NCBI GenBank assembly: GCA_951804945.1
Contig: OX638152.1
Location: 67,394,001 to 67,458,000, forward strand
DNA length: 64,000 nucleotides
Direction: 5' to 3'
Source: Podarcis cretensis
Taxonomy: Eukaryota
Shown: piece after piece, positions 39,156 through 52,412 of the stretch
Layout: the number at the start of each line of letters is the position of its first letter
How positions within the stretch are numbered: position 1 is the first letter of the stretch
The notes under the pieces: model-generated
Databases searched by the model: none
Seen by the model: only the letters and a program-made list of their open reading frames with translations
Told to the model about the DNA's origin: nothing
Made by a program: the position numbers and the translations under genes

Positions 39156-40465
39156 CATTAAGCAACAGGTGCTGCACATACACCCCACAAACATAAATTC
39201 TTATTCTAACACAGAATATAGTAATCTGCGACACTTCAAAAACAAGTAAGCAGAAGTGGGCTTGAGGAAATGTTTAATAGCTTGACTTATAGTAGAGGCT
39301 TTTTTATTTTATTAAGGAGCAGGATCAAAGACTGAGAAGTGCAGCCATCGAGATGAAACGTAAAAAACCAGAAGCTGATTTCAAACAATATTGTTTAGCA
39401 GCATTAACTCTGTAAAACACACTACACAGTGGATTATTCAATACTAAATAGAACAAACAGTAACTGAAGTTTGGAGAGGGTGGGAAAGAAAATAAAAATT
39501 ATTATTATTATGCCATTCAGAGTTTATATTTAGTTAACTGGTGCAATTTAAAGAGTGTGGAATTTCAGTAAGAGAGTCTTATGGATCCCCGAAGGAATGC
39601 AACAGCATTTTTAAAATGTAAAATGGAGAACATCTATATGTGTTCACTCTTAAGGTAACTCTTGGACTGGTACTTTCTCTCAACCCAATTTACCATGTGT
39701 ACCACCCCCTTGCTTCCAGGAGGAAGGGCAGGAAAAGAAGAGAGGGTTTGATTTAGAGCTGCACCGAGCAAAACATGGGACAATACTATGGAAGAAAGCA
39801 ACATTTGTGAATTCTTCCTTCCCCTGATACCTGCTGAAAATCTGACTGGAGGGCAGGGTAATGGACCCTCCATCACAGAGTAAGAGATGACATGGGGTGC
39901 TGCAGGTGGAGTCAGTGAAAATAATGGCCCTCCTTGTTCCTTCAGCAGAGCTTCCACTGGAGCTCTGCCCTCTCTGTAAATTGAAGGAACTATTCCATTT
40001 GCTGAAAGGCAACTGTGGATACAACCCAGAGTGTCTGAAAGAGCCAGAACCTGTGGCCTTCCAGATATTGCTGGACTGCAACTCTCATCAGCCCCAGTCA
40101 GCATGACCAAGGGACAGGGATTATAGAGTCAAGAGCACAGGTGGAGGACCACAGGTTCCCCACATGGCTATACAGAAACATTGTATAGATCAAACATTTG
40201 CTCCTAAGTTGAGGTAAGCAGAATTTGTATTCCTTTCTGTATTTCTTTATAGTGTGCAAGTACTGCCTCTTATGAAGTCAAGCTTTAAACGGCATCTCCT
40301 TCCTTCTACGTGTAACCTATAATTACTTTGTCAAATGCATTTCCTGCAGTCAGAAGCCACTGCATCACATTCGAACCTAAGAGTAAATATGTTCATGTGA
40401 GATAATTTATCATCAAGCTGTAATATTCCAAAATGAAATGCTATTGAATAACAAAGCAATGTCTA

Positions 40466-40693
<228 letters not shown>

Positions 40694-41520
40694 TTACCAA
40701 GAGAGATTAAAGCAACATGTTTTTACTAATTATTTTGGACAACAATAAAAAATAAATAAATCAGGACAATGTCATATTAATGGTTTAGTCCCTTGGAATG
40801 GATGCTAGCTTCCACTTCTCTGGAACAATTTGCCCATAAGACACATGAACATGCACTGTTTTGCTCTCCAACCAGTATACAGAAGCTTCTCAGTAGGTTT
40901 TGTTGCTCTTGAACAGGAGAAGTGGTGGCTATGAGCTTGAATCAGCAAAAGAAAGCAGCTTATAAATAAATTCTTTTCCACATACCAGCAGCTACTAGTA
41001 CCAGACAATTATTGTCACTTCATTTGCAAAATAGGCTGGTTTCTACTGAAGCAAGCAAGTCTATATTTTGGGGAAACAAGGAGCTATCAATTGTTTTCCA
41101 CAGCAGGGCCTTTGCTGTTGTGCTTCCACACCTCTGCCTCATGAGAATCAATAGTCACCACAAGATCTACACCAACACCCAGCATGAGGTCTAACTTGCT
41201 GTTCTTGCTCCTGCCTTAAATATGCAGACAAGCTCCTGCCTCCACTGAAGTACATTGAAGTACAAGCGCACAGTATGCAAAATAACTCTTTTATCTAAAA
41301 CCAGGCTGGTCAAACTTTGTGACTGACGGGTCTAGTAGGACACCCTAATTTTAACTTCTACTTAACTACAACTATCAACAAAAGTGAGTAGTAGCACATT
41401 TCTATGAATTAAGAGCTGATCTAACTGAAGAATCAGGTTGTTTTTTCCAGAACAGTTGCACGTCACTACAGCTACTTCCCAAAGTGCTAACATTATCATA
41501 GCTTTATCTTCAGGATGGAA

Positions 41521-42240
41521 TAAGGGATAGAAATACTGGAAGGAAATTCAAAACTCTTATCAAAAATGTATAATCAACTATTAGAATGGGATACTAAGGA
41601 CGAGGAAATAAAAGAAGTTATGGTGAAATGGGTGATAGATCTGGGATATAATTTGGAATACGATAGTTGGATTAAGCTCTGGAATAAAGATATGAAGTTC
41701 ACTGCTTGTGTTGCCTTAAGAGAAAACATGGAAAAAATGATGTACAGATGGTACATCACCCCTGTAAAATTAGGAAAAATCTATAAGAATGGAGATAAAA
41801 TGTGCTGGAGGTGTAAAAACAAGGAAGGTAGTTTTTACCACATGTGGTGGACTTGTGAAAAAATCAAGAACTTCTGGGAGCTCATTTATAATGAACTGAA
41901 AAAAATGTTTAAATATACTTTTGTTTAAAAACCTGAAAATTTTCTTCTGGGAATGATTGGCAATGAAATTAAGAAAGAGGACCAGACATTATTCCAGTAT
42001 GCAACAACAGCTGCTAGAATTTTAATCGCCCAAAATTGGAAATCAACCAATATCCCAACAGTAAGAGATTGGCAAAGTAAATTATTTGAATAATTCAGAA
42101 TTGGCAAAATTAACACAAAAAATTAGAGACCAGAAAGAAACAAAGTTTATTAAAGAATGGAATAAATTCATAACCTATATTGAAGTAGATTTAAAAAATC
42201 CAAAGATCACAGTAGGCTTTAATATAACCCTTCGACATAC
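41521..42240 (+). mobile_element. L1-clade LINE, 5'-truncated ORF2 C-terminus, antisense in TXLNG intron 4
   Basis: ORF with YRWYITP...CWRC...GSFYHMWWTC (CCHC/zf-RVT) and FLLG motifs; broken by a stop and a frameshift. Confidence 0.88.
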
Positions 42241-43308
42241 AAAAGTTTTAAAGAAAAACTGTAATGCAGCAGGAGGCACCAGCAGATCTCCTTAAATGGG
42301 GCTGAGGCTTCTTTGTTACTTAGAGAACTAATCTCCCCAAAGGATGCTAGGGAGTGTCAGGGATAGTCAAAAACTGATTTCCAGAGCTGGGAACAGGGAG
42401 GGAGGGGTTCGCTCTTGTTAAGTTTTTTGATGGTGTGAGAACAGTCTTTAATATCCTGAGAACGTTGGGAGGTGGTGAACCCCCCCCACACAGCTGCATT
42501 CCTCAGTTGTGGAGGATAGTGCTGGGAACCTTCTTTGATGTTTGACATTGTTTTTAGAAAGTGAGGCATTGGGAGGGGGTAGCTAATGGATGATCTGCAC
42601 GTAGCCAGTCTTGGAAGCCACACAGGCTATCTATAAAATTGGACAGTTTGGGCAGGTTTTTTTGAAGCTCATGCATGGACTGATCGGCTGCAGGGCCGTG
42701 CAGACTGAGGCTACCTGGGGGAGTCGCTTTGCCGCTTCTTGAAGGCTTCCAAGTGGCAGATTGAAGTGCTTGCTTGGTATGTATATATTGCTTGCTGTTT
42801 TGGAATAAAATCTTTAAATCTTCTCACTCACTTGTGTATTTTGTATTGCTTCTGAATCTCATTATAAAAACAAGCTTGCCTTTGGCATGACTATACCCCA
42901 TACCACCCTTCTGTATGCTGCTTAATCATCTCAAGTGCTCTTACTACTACATCCTTGTCCCACTGTACTTGAAATAATTCATTGCATCCAATATGGGTTT
43001 AGAGCTGGACACAAACTGAGAGAAGCCCACCTTCTTTCTAGCCTCTTATCCCTGGGTTCCAGTGTAAAATGTATTAACAACCTTGTTCGGAGACACATTT
43101 CCAGGGAATAACCAGCAGTCAACTTCTAGAGGATTGAGCATCTTTGCTGTAACATAGCATCAAGGAATAAACTAAACTGGTGCTCAACAGACTGTGTTTC
43201 CATCCACTCCCAATTGTTTTCCATTTTGCTATACTATTGTTTATATATTCCAGCAGCCACCCTATTTTTAGACAACCATATTGCTCTCAGAATCAGCTTC
43301 ATGAACTA

Positions 43309-43494
<186 letters not shown>

Positions 43495-43657
43495 CTAAAT
43501 GAGAAAAAGAAGAGGTTAAAAATGCAACCCCAACCTATTCTTTGCCATTACCCTTTAGAACTGAAGTGGTTTTCTGTACCTACTGTCTCCAACGGATTGC
43601 ATTAGTTTTTAATCAATCCGATACAGAACCAGAACCTCACAATCACAACTTGTTACA

Positions 43658-43804
43658 GAATCATAAAATTGTATAAATTGAAGGGATCCTGAGGATCATC
43701 TAGTCCAACTCCCCGCAATGCAGGAATATGCAACTGTCCCATATAGGGATCAAACCTGCAACCTTGGAGTTATCAGCACCACACACTAATCAACTGAGCT
43801 ATCC
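43658..43804 (-). mobile_element. tRNA-Ile-derived SINE with CR1-type tail
   Basis: Minus strand GATAGCTCAGTTGATTAGTGTGTGGTGCTGATAACTCCAAGGTTGCAGGTTTGATCCC, then the same ATTCCTGCATTGC...GGACTAGATGA tail as the 12040 element. Confidence 0.7.
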
Positions 43805-45099
43805 ACTTGGATTATCTATGTTTCATTTCACTATAAATGAGCATAATCAAATCCAGGTAAGATTGAGGACTGCTAGGGCCTCTTATCCAGAGTGGAGAGA
43901 TCTATGTTAAAGAAGAGGGTCAACACCTCCCCGTTATTTTAGTTTGCAATCTTTGCTACCCTTGTAGTATAACTGGAAGCTTGGAGTGTGGTGATGGCCA
44001 GGTGTCCTTACCCCCACCAACTCAGCCACCACACAATGCATACACCTATAACCATTATGCCTGTTTACTTCGCAACGAGCTTCAGAACAGGATTCACAGT
44101 GCTAGTTTCTTTCAGAATCTTGTGACTTTGGAATCTACAATCCTTTCTTCTTTCCACATTGTCCTTCCATGAATTAAGGCAAATTTCTCAGCAAATCTTT
44201 TAGAACTTTTTGTCTGACAAGACAGTAAGTGCACATAGACAACCTCTCATATGTTGACCTTCATCTATAGAATTTTCTACTCAAGATTTGTTACATTTTA
44301 AACATTTTCTGAATTGAATACACAGCAGATCTGGGGTGTGTGCAGGGGGAAGGAGAAGAAGGGGAAGACCTGTTGCATAAGTAGAAGTCCAGTCTGCTAT
44401 CACGCGGACATGCTGGATACAACCCAGGAACTAGGGGCATGATCCCACATAAACAGAAATTGCATACACTCTTTTCTCGAAGAATTATCCATTGTGCATG
44501 CGAGAGGTAGCAGGCAATCTTGCAGTCAACAATACAGCTGAATGATAGCTGGTGTCTCGACTAAAAATACCTAGCCAAAACACATGTAAAAACCATTTCC
44601 TCTGTATCTATACATATTCCAATTACAGCTTGGATGTGGAACCTATGACTGTCCAGTTGCTGCTGAAATATTGCTTCTGAGTCACAGGTTTCCCACCCCT
44701 GAATTAGGGCGTCTTTGAATGAAGTAGCAATAGGGGCAACAGAAAGTATAGTTCTGCTTCCTCACCTTTATCAAAACCAAATAATGTCTTAACATGTAAC
44801 CAGGAGCTTAAAAAGTTCCCACACTTTTGAGAGGACAGTGCCAAATAACATACATTAAAAAATATTTTTTCCATGATCCCGTTATAATAAGCTTTAACCA
44901 GGGTGATATTAAGCAGTATAGAAACAGTGCAAATAACAACATTAAGATGTTTAATTGTTCTTGACATTTGACATTTCAATCTGTTTCTATTGGTTGTTCA
45001 AAGGAATGAAACTCCAATGCTAAGACACCTATGCATGTTTACAAAGTTAATTTGCAACTACAGAGAAAGCACGTGACTTTAATTGTAGTACATAATTAC

Positions 45100-45191
45100 C
45101 AGATCAGCATATTTCTTGCAGAGTGCAGCCAACTTTTCTTCTGGAGTAGCAAGAGTATTTAAAGCTTGCATCAATAAGAGTACTTCTTTCC
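45100..45191 (-). CDS. TXLNG: TXLNG exon 3
   Basis: ctgtag|GG AAA...GAT CTG|gtaatt; KEVLLLMQALNTLATPEEKLAALCKKYADL. Confidence 0.95.
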
Positions 45192-45486
45192 CTACAGACC
45201 AAGAATAAAAGTATTTTAGAAGTATTACCAGAACATTTTGTGCTCTGAGTAACATATGTTGATAGTAGAAAATGGAACATTTATAATTATACCTAGAAAA
45301 TGCAAAGTATTAGGCAATTATCAACAAAAAAAGCAACAAGAACTTTGGTACAATACAAGGCCAGATTACTGAAAAAGGACTTAAGAAGTTTGATACAGTA
45401 GGAATACTGGACATTTCTTAGGATCTCTACTTCAAAGACAAAGTGATGAAACAGAGCAAGGCATTCTTCAAAGTACCATAAAAAAA

Positions 45487-45600
45487 ACATAAGAAGAGCC
45501 TTGCTGTATCAGGCAAAAGGCATATCTGGACCAGGATCCTATTCTCACATTGCGAACCAGAGGCCTATGGGAAGCCCGCAAGCAGGACTTGCTACAACGG
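45487..45600 (-). mobile_element. CR1 LINE 3' end fragment
   Basis: ACATAAGAAGAGCCTTGCTGTATCAGGC is the reverse of the 28289-28510 tail type. Confidence 0.55.
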
Positions 45601-46293
45601 CGATTTCCCCACTTCCGATTCCCAGCATACTACCTCCAGTACTGAAGGTAGAACATAGCTTTATTCTCCAGTTATCAGAATGTCTCATCGTTTTCTAAAA
45701 TTAGATTTGATAAAGCAAAGGGGGGGAAAGCAAAGAACAAGGCAGTAGAAGAACCTTCTGTTGGGTGTCCTAATCCCCGATCAGCACTGTGAGAGGGAGT
45801 TAGGCTTGAGGGGAAGTGTCTCTCTGCCAGGTTCTGCTCGGGGGGGGGGGGGGGGGCGGGCGGGGGGGAGGTACTCCACTAGCACAGAGGCCTCCACTGT
45901 GACTACCAAAAGCACAGGATGTTGAAAAGCTATTGCTGACACAAACTACCATAGGGTTCCAAAACAGGGGAAAGATCAGGGACAGGGATGTATCCACCTG
46001 ATCCTAAGCCAGTCATTTTATTAGAGAAGGGCCTGATCTGAGCATGTCTCCTGCACCAGACTAGAGCTGCCACAACAAAGACTCCCTCTCCCCTCATACA
46101 CATCTTCTTCGGTCCTAACTGGCAGGGCTATGGAAGAGGATCCACTGCTTCACACCACCTTAGCCCCTTTTGATTGCTTTGCTAAGTATGTTATCAAGAA
46201 ATGTAAACAAGCGTTCTATTTTTTCAATGCTGGACAACCTAACTTCAAAAGTCAATGTTCAATTATTTATCCTGGTTCAGCACTGTCGTATAC

Positions 46294-46609
46294 CTAAGGT
46301 TTTCTCTTTGCCCTTCTCACTTTCTGGGTCTTGCTGGCCATCAGGTGGGTCAGTACGAGTCTCTTCTCTTCCAGGGGTCTCCTCTCGCAATTCCTGAGGG
46401 CAGAATGCTGCTCCCAACACATTTCTGTTTCTGGGAATAAAATCCTCTGCCTCCTCCAACGCACCTGCATTTTCCGCACCATCACAATTTGTATCTGAAT
46501 GTTGCAACATTGTATTCAGCGCAGCGCACTTGCTGTTCCTCAGCTGCCGGTCCGGGCTGCTCCTTCCAAATTTACAGTTTTGCGGTTCTTCCTCAGTAAG
46601 CAGCATATG
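46294..46609 (-). CDS. TXLNG: TXLNG exon 2
   Basis: tttcaaag|CAT ATG...TTA G|gtatac; contains QELREETPGREETRTDPPDGQQDPESEKGKEKTLG. Confidence 0.9.
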
Positions 46610-46708
46610 CTTTGAAAGGGAGAGAAAAGAGCTCAGGTTACCCAGGCGGAAAAGACCCATTTGTATTTCGTCCTGAGATTAACACACGCATTGACAAAAC
46701 CCCATATA

Positions 46709-46911
46709 CAGTGGTACCTCGGGTTAAGTACTTAATTCGTTCTGGAGGTCCGTTCTTAACCTGAAGACCACTTTAGTTAATGGGGCCTCCTACTGCTGCC
46801 GCACCGCCACGATTTCTGTTCTCATCCTGAAGCAAAGTTCTTAACGTGAGGTACTATTTCTGGGTTAGCGGAGTCTGTAACCTCAAGCATATGTAACCCG
46901 AGGTACCACTG
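46709..46911. mobile_element. CAGTGGTACC-family Tc1/mariner MITE
   Basis: TA-flanked with a perfect 18-bp TIR CAGTGGTACCTCGGGTTA. Confidence 0.88.
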
Positions 46912-46989
46912 TACTGTATTACGTGTTTTTTGTTTTTTACAAATGAAATAGCAGCAGGCTAGGGATGCCAGAGCAAACCCTTCTAGTTA

Positions 46990-47500
46990 ACCGCGCCTCG
47001 GTACAATCCCTCGCGGTACAGTCCACTTCTCCTGAAAAGAGCTGAGGATTGTGCGGGGCAGAAAGAGCGCGGCGGAGGATGCTACCCGCCACCCGAGAAG
47101 GTCCCTGACAAGCGAGGACCGGGAAGGGACGGCGCCGAGAGACGGGGGTCGACGACTACCGGCGCCTTTTGTCCCGAGGCGCGGCTGTTGCTCAGCTGAG
47201 CGCGCGGCGGGAAGCGGTTTACCTGCTCCGCCATCCGCCTCGTCCACCACCACCGAGGACCCGAGGAACCTGCGAAGCCGGAAGCTGGCTGGCGCAGGGG
47301 CTAGAAGGGCGCCAAGGGGAGGAGGAGGGATTTCCGCTCCCTGCTGCTTAAATACCCGGCTATTGCCGGAGCTCCGTCGCGTGCGCCCCCGTGGGCGGGG
47401 CTTGGGCGCGCACGCGGGAGAAAGGACGTCAAAGCGGCATCTGCGGCGCCGGCTGCCGGCGAGGAAAGCGCAGGCCAAGCGGGGGCTGCTTAGGGGACAA
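46990..47500 (-). promoter_or_regulatory. Second CpG island in TXLNG intron 1, candidate alternative promoter
   Basis: Dense CpG. Read on the minus strand: TGACGTCC 47431-47424, GC box 47393-47401, TATTTAA 47354-47348, pyrimidine tract 47330-47314, then ATG and splice donor. Confidence 0.65.
47223..47234 (-). CDS. TXLNG: Putative alternative TXLNG first coding exon (1b), MAEQ
   Basis: ATG GCG GAG CAG|gtaaac in a second CpG island; phase 0, in frame with exon 2. Inferred from sequence only. Confidence 0.5.
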
Positions 47501-50500
47501 TGGAGTTCCATCCCCAAATGGGAGGGCAGCCCAGGTTGTTGTTTTTTTTAAATGTGCACACACCCGCTCTCTCAGTGCCATGGGGAATTTCGAAACAAAA
47601 ATTAGTTGCACGTTTATTTGAAGTTTATTTAAAAGGAAGCCTGATGCCGGGTTTGTTTTTTGGAAAGAGGCTTTCTTAATAGCTATCGGAATGTCCCGCA
47701 GGGGAAATGAATGTAACAACTGTTCAAACCCGACGGCTCAATTACTCTGCAGTTTAAAAACCCTATAACAAATCAGCAATATGCAGTTTCAGCATTTGAA
47801 AGATTCCATCAGCACGCTCGATGGTATGAATTGATTTGCGGGTAAGGAGAGAGATGCATGGTTAACTGGGCTCCAGCTTTAGGAAATAAGCTACGGATTA
47901 GGTTGGGAAAGTTTATGGAATATTGGCCACAATTTTTATTGAAATAGGGTCATGAAGGGAAATTAAAGTAATGAAAATATATGATGCTCTATTTAGAAAG
48001 GAAAAAGCTATTAACTTAGCCTATTGGAATCTTCGGTAAAGACTGGCAAAAAAAAAGGGGGGGGAATGAAAATAGCATGGGGGGAATGGGATATGATGTT
48101 ATTAAGTACCTCTCTTTTCCTGACAAACTGTTGCTGCACAGGGAAAAAAAGGACAAGGAATCAACATTTTGTGACAGCAGCAAGATTTCTATATGCAAAA
48201 TATTGGAGACTTCTGAGCATATCATCTTAAACAGAAAAGGTCATGTGGGAATTTTAATCTATAGTTAAATGACCTAATTAAGGGTCAAAAGAACAAATGG
48301 AGTAAGCTTGCTAAAATGTGGTCATTCTTTAATTTTTGTACAGTAAAATCAATCTACAGCAAATGCACAATTATTGTTTCAATGTTATATTTATTTTGTT
48401 TTACCTAACAATATAGAGTTTGGTTATGGATTATATAGTCATTATTTGTATATTTATCCTGATGTAATTTTGCTTCCAATCCATATTTAAAAGCTATCTA
48501 ACAAACTACGTATTCATACATCAAGAATAAAGGGCAAACTATTAAAAAGGTAGGGTCTGAGCCATCGTGTTCCATCTGTATAACAAAATTTCCCCCTTCT
48601 TTTCTCTGCAGCTGGGGGGTGGGGTCCTCTCTACAGAAGATTTTGGGTGTGTGCAAGGAGAGGAAGGGGAAGTCTCATTGCATGACTGGAACTCTGCTTG
48701 TTGTAGGGTTAGATACAAAGTCCGTAAGAATTCAGAATTGATAGTTAACAAACCTGCATTTATATTTGGCCACTACATATGCATTGTAACTTGCTCAGCA
48801 AGAGGAACTATGGATATGTAGCAATTCAGCTATGAAAAAGTCAGCCCTTCCATTCATCACATGTTCTCTACAGCAATGTGGATTTTCTGAAAATTTTTGA
48901 ATATGCCTTGGAAAATTCAGTTTGCATCAGAAAAAATTCTGATGTCCTAGAGAGCGATCTAATTTGCCTTGTTAATTTTACTTGTATTTAATAAGCAATT
49001 TTTTTTGAAAACTATAATATATTATTAAATATATTTGCAACCGAGAACTCAGAGCTAGTTGGTAGTTATGTCTTAGATTAGGAGCAAAAGCAAAATTTAT
49101 ACCATACTGGAGATCATGACTGTGCTAAGATACAAACTTTGACTATGCTAAATAATGCTGGCTCTACAGGCTAGGGGCCTGTGGAAAGATATTCTAGGTA
49201 GGAGAATGATATGAAGCATGTGATTTAATGCTAAGACTGCAGCATTGGCATCAAACTGTTACAAACAGTTGCTTTTCAAAGCATGTTTTAAATACTCCCC
49301 TACTCAGCAACTGAGCAAACAGTATACAAACAACCCCTGATTTGCGCAGGGCTTGTGTTCTGCATCATCGTGCATGTTGGTAGACCGCGCAGAAGCCTGA
49401 CCTGCTATCTTCTGGGTTTGAAAACAGCACACTTGCTTTGAGCACACACAAAATTGTCATCCCCTGTACTTCTAAACTGCAGTGACATTTACACATATTT
49501 TTAAAGCAATTATATTAAACTATAGCTCTTCACGCAAAAGCATGGTCTCTCAAATTATTTATGGTCTGCAGTAATCTATGTTAGATGTTACCAAGATATT
49601 CCTGTCCATTATGGAAGTTCCTTATGAATATATTTCACAACAGAATAGCTAGTCCAGAACATACCTGTTGTCTGGTAAGAACAGGAAGAATCATCTTTAA
49701 AAACTTCACAGAATTCTTATGTGCTTAAGGACACACATTAAATTTTTTGTTTTTGACATTTTAAAGTTTGAAATTTTGCAGCCTGCTCCCATAGGAATCT
49801 ACCTTTTGAGACCTTGGATGTCTCTATGTGCCGCTACCTTCTGAACTAAGGTGGGTGCCTACAAGAGACAAGAGCCTTTCTTTTGAACTTTTCCAACCTT
49901 CCTTGAGTTTTAAGAATCAGTTAAAATTTTGCTTTTAACCATTTGGTGAGATTTGAAATGGCTGTTGTTACTAAAGCTCACTGTCTAGTCAGATTTAATA
50001 TTAATAAATTATTATTCTGCATCACAATCTACTTAAAAGTCCTACTGAATTCAATGTGGTTAACTCCCCTCTAACTAGGGCGAGGACTGCAGTCTTGCTT
50101 TATTATCTGTTGCTTTTATTATATGTTGTAAGCTCCCTGTTCAGTATGCAGGATTAATTCATTTTACATAAGCAGAATACTGGGAGAAGTAAAAGGTGTC
50201 TTTCCCTTTCCCATATTTTGCACACTTCACATCTCAGATACGTAGCAAAATATAGCCAAACACCCTTTTTCACATGTTACATTTTAGTGGTATTTACCAC
50301 CCCACATAAGCAAAATTTTCTTCCAATAGTACATAATAGATAACCAAGCAAGTACTCGTCTTTTTTGTTCACTGTAACAAGTGTCCCGCTGTCCTTGGAC
50401 AAACTTGATTAACAACCAGTCTTCTAACTCTAAGATTTGCTTTGGCATCAAACCCCCATCTGCTCTTTTAGGCTCTGGATCAGGAAAGGCTTCCTTGGCT

Positions 50501-51444
50501 GCCGCACAGGGGACTCTTGAGTGACAGTGTCCAAGCCAGCATATTCCCACTTGCCTTTCATGAAGGACATGTTGTATGGATGGCTTTCTTGCCCACTGCT
50601 TGGTGAGGTGCTCAAACCAACACACACATCCCAGCCTTTTTTTCCCAATAGGGAAAAAATTCATAGGGGTTTTTAGTGTTGCTTTTGGACAAAGCTGTTT
50701 CAATGCCTTTGTCCATCCTTATTACCTTTCTATACTGACCTAGGGCCTCCACAGTTGCTGCTGGGCACCAGCGTGTGAGAGGGAAGCAAAAACAACTATC
50801 AGCATTTTTGGTTTGGCTAAAAGAGGCTGAGAGGCAACCAGTGCATGCTCACATATAAACTCGCAATCCTTCCTTCTGAACAGGTGTTTGTTAGCAAGGC
50901 CTGGGAGATCCGTATGGCAAACCCATATCGATATGATTTTGTTGTATCTGACTCCCATCCCTCGCCAGAAAGGAGGGCTGGAAAATATTAATATCACCTT
51001 GCTCACAAAAGCCTATTAAGAGACATTTCTTCCTGCTGCTGCTGCAGTCGTTACGACTTTGTGCGGCTACGCGAGAACGGCCTGCCGGCCTGCCTGCCCT
51101 TTGGCGGGGAAGCCATAACGCCCCGGGAGAAAGAGAAACGCAAGAACCGGATTAGCTGAGCTGCCGTTTACCAAGCGGCCGCCACGGGCAGCCCAGCTTC
51201 GGTTCCTGCGCCCTGAAACGTACTTGAAGCCCTCACCTCCCCAAGGGCCTCTGCCCCGAGTCGCCCCACACCCAAGAAGAGGAGGCGCGCGCGGCGCTCC
51301 TGGGAGCACCGTGTCCCGCTTCCTCAGGGAGCCCTTCGAGAAGCCCCTTGCCGTTTCCACTGCGCCACGGGGCAGCAGCGGCAGGGGCCGCGTGGAGAGC
51401 AGGTGCCCCTGGCCCGGGCAACGGAGAACGGTCAGGGCTCTTAC

Positions 51445-51579
51445 CTCAGAGCCGCCTCCTGACGCCCGCGCCGCCGCCGCCGCCTCCTGCCCCTCTCGCT
51501 GCTCCTGTGCAGGACTCGGTCCGGTCTCCACAGCGCGGCTGCCGTCGACACACGCTAGCTCAGCTCTGCGCGCCGCCAT
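51445..51579 (-). CDS. TXLNG: TXLNG coding exon 1 (1a)
   Basis: ACTATGG in a CpG island; MAARRAELAC...GGGSE|gtaaga; 45 codons; phase 0 fits exon 2. Confidence 0.8.
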
Positions 51580-51950
51580 AGTGTGACGGTAATACCCAAA
51601 CAAGCCGGCCTACGCCGGAAGCGCCTCCCCTCAGCCAATCACCGGCCACCCTTTCCCGTGTCATGTGACGCAGAAGAGACGCCACCGCTTGGGCCCGGCT
51701 GAAGAGGCGAGTGAGGGAGCGAGCCAAGGACTCGCTCGAGAGGCGGCCGTGAGAGCAGCTTCGGACTACAACTCCCAGCATGCCCTCTCGCTTTCCCTCC
51801 GCCCGCATTGCTTCGCGGGAGTTGTAGTCCAAGGCGCGCTTCCTTCTCTCGCTGGTAGCGGCGGGGTGCGCACATGTCCGCTGCAGGATGCCTTCCGCTC
51901 CTGAGGCGCTTTCTCAGCAAAGCGCCCCACTCCAGGCTCGGGTGAGTCCA
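51580..51950 (-). promoter_or_regulatory. TXLNG CpG-island promoter
   Basis: CpG-rich from about 51050 to 51950. ETS CCGGAAG ~51615, CCAAT ~51635, GTCATGTGAC E/M-box 51660-51669, and inverted ACTACAACTCCC (ZNF143/THAP11-type) motifs at 51763-51785 and 51805-51830. Confidence 0.8.
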
Positions 51951-52406
51951 CTCCATTTTCAGGAGTTGTTTTGTAATCCTGGACAGACATTCCGACGTTT
52001 CCTGAAGCTGCTAAACGTGGAATGCTGGCGGGTGAAACCCTGGTCTCTCAAGGGGTGGGGCAATTCAGTGTGAACACAGTACCGCGAAACAGCCTCATTA
52101 GCACTGCTTTATCCAGGAAGAAATGTACTTCGCATTAAAGGAGTAGCATCAGCAAAGAGGAGGCCTGGAGACTTATTTTTAAGATCACGGTTTCACTTCC
52201 ACACTTTTAGAACAGTATGCAACTAAGTTAGAATAGATCCCGGAAATTAATGGACCCATTATAATGGTCCATTATTTTCAGTGGATCTACTCCAGGTAAG
52301 AGTAATTATGTATACACCCCTAGTGCCCATCTAATTTAAGCACAGTGTAGTAAGTGAACACTAACTTCAGTCCAGGATACTGTTTATACATCTAAAATAA
52401 ACAAGG

Positions 52407-52412
52407 TTTATT
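52407..52412 (-). terminator. Candidate distal polyadenylation signal of SYAP1
   Basis: AATAAA on the minus strand at the end of about 1.85 kb of AT-rich putative 3'UTR. Other AATAAA hexamers occur near 53000 and 53110. Confidence 0.45.

Noticed and set aside
46987-47551. 166-176 aa ORFs over the internal CpG island
   Set aside because: GC-driven open frames with no homology; only the MAEQ micro-exon has a splice donor in frame with TXLNG exon 2.
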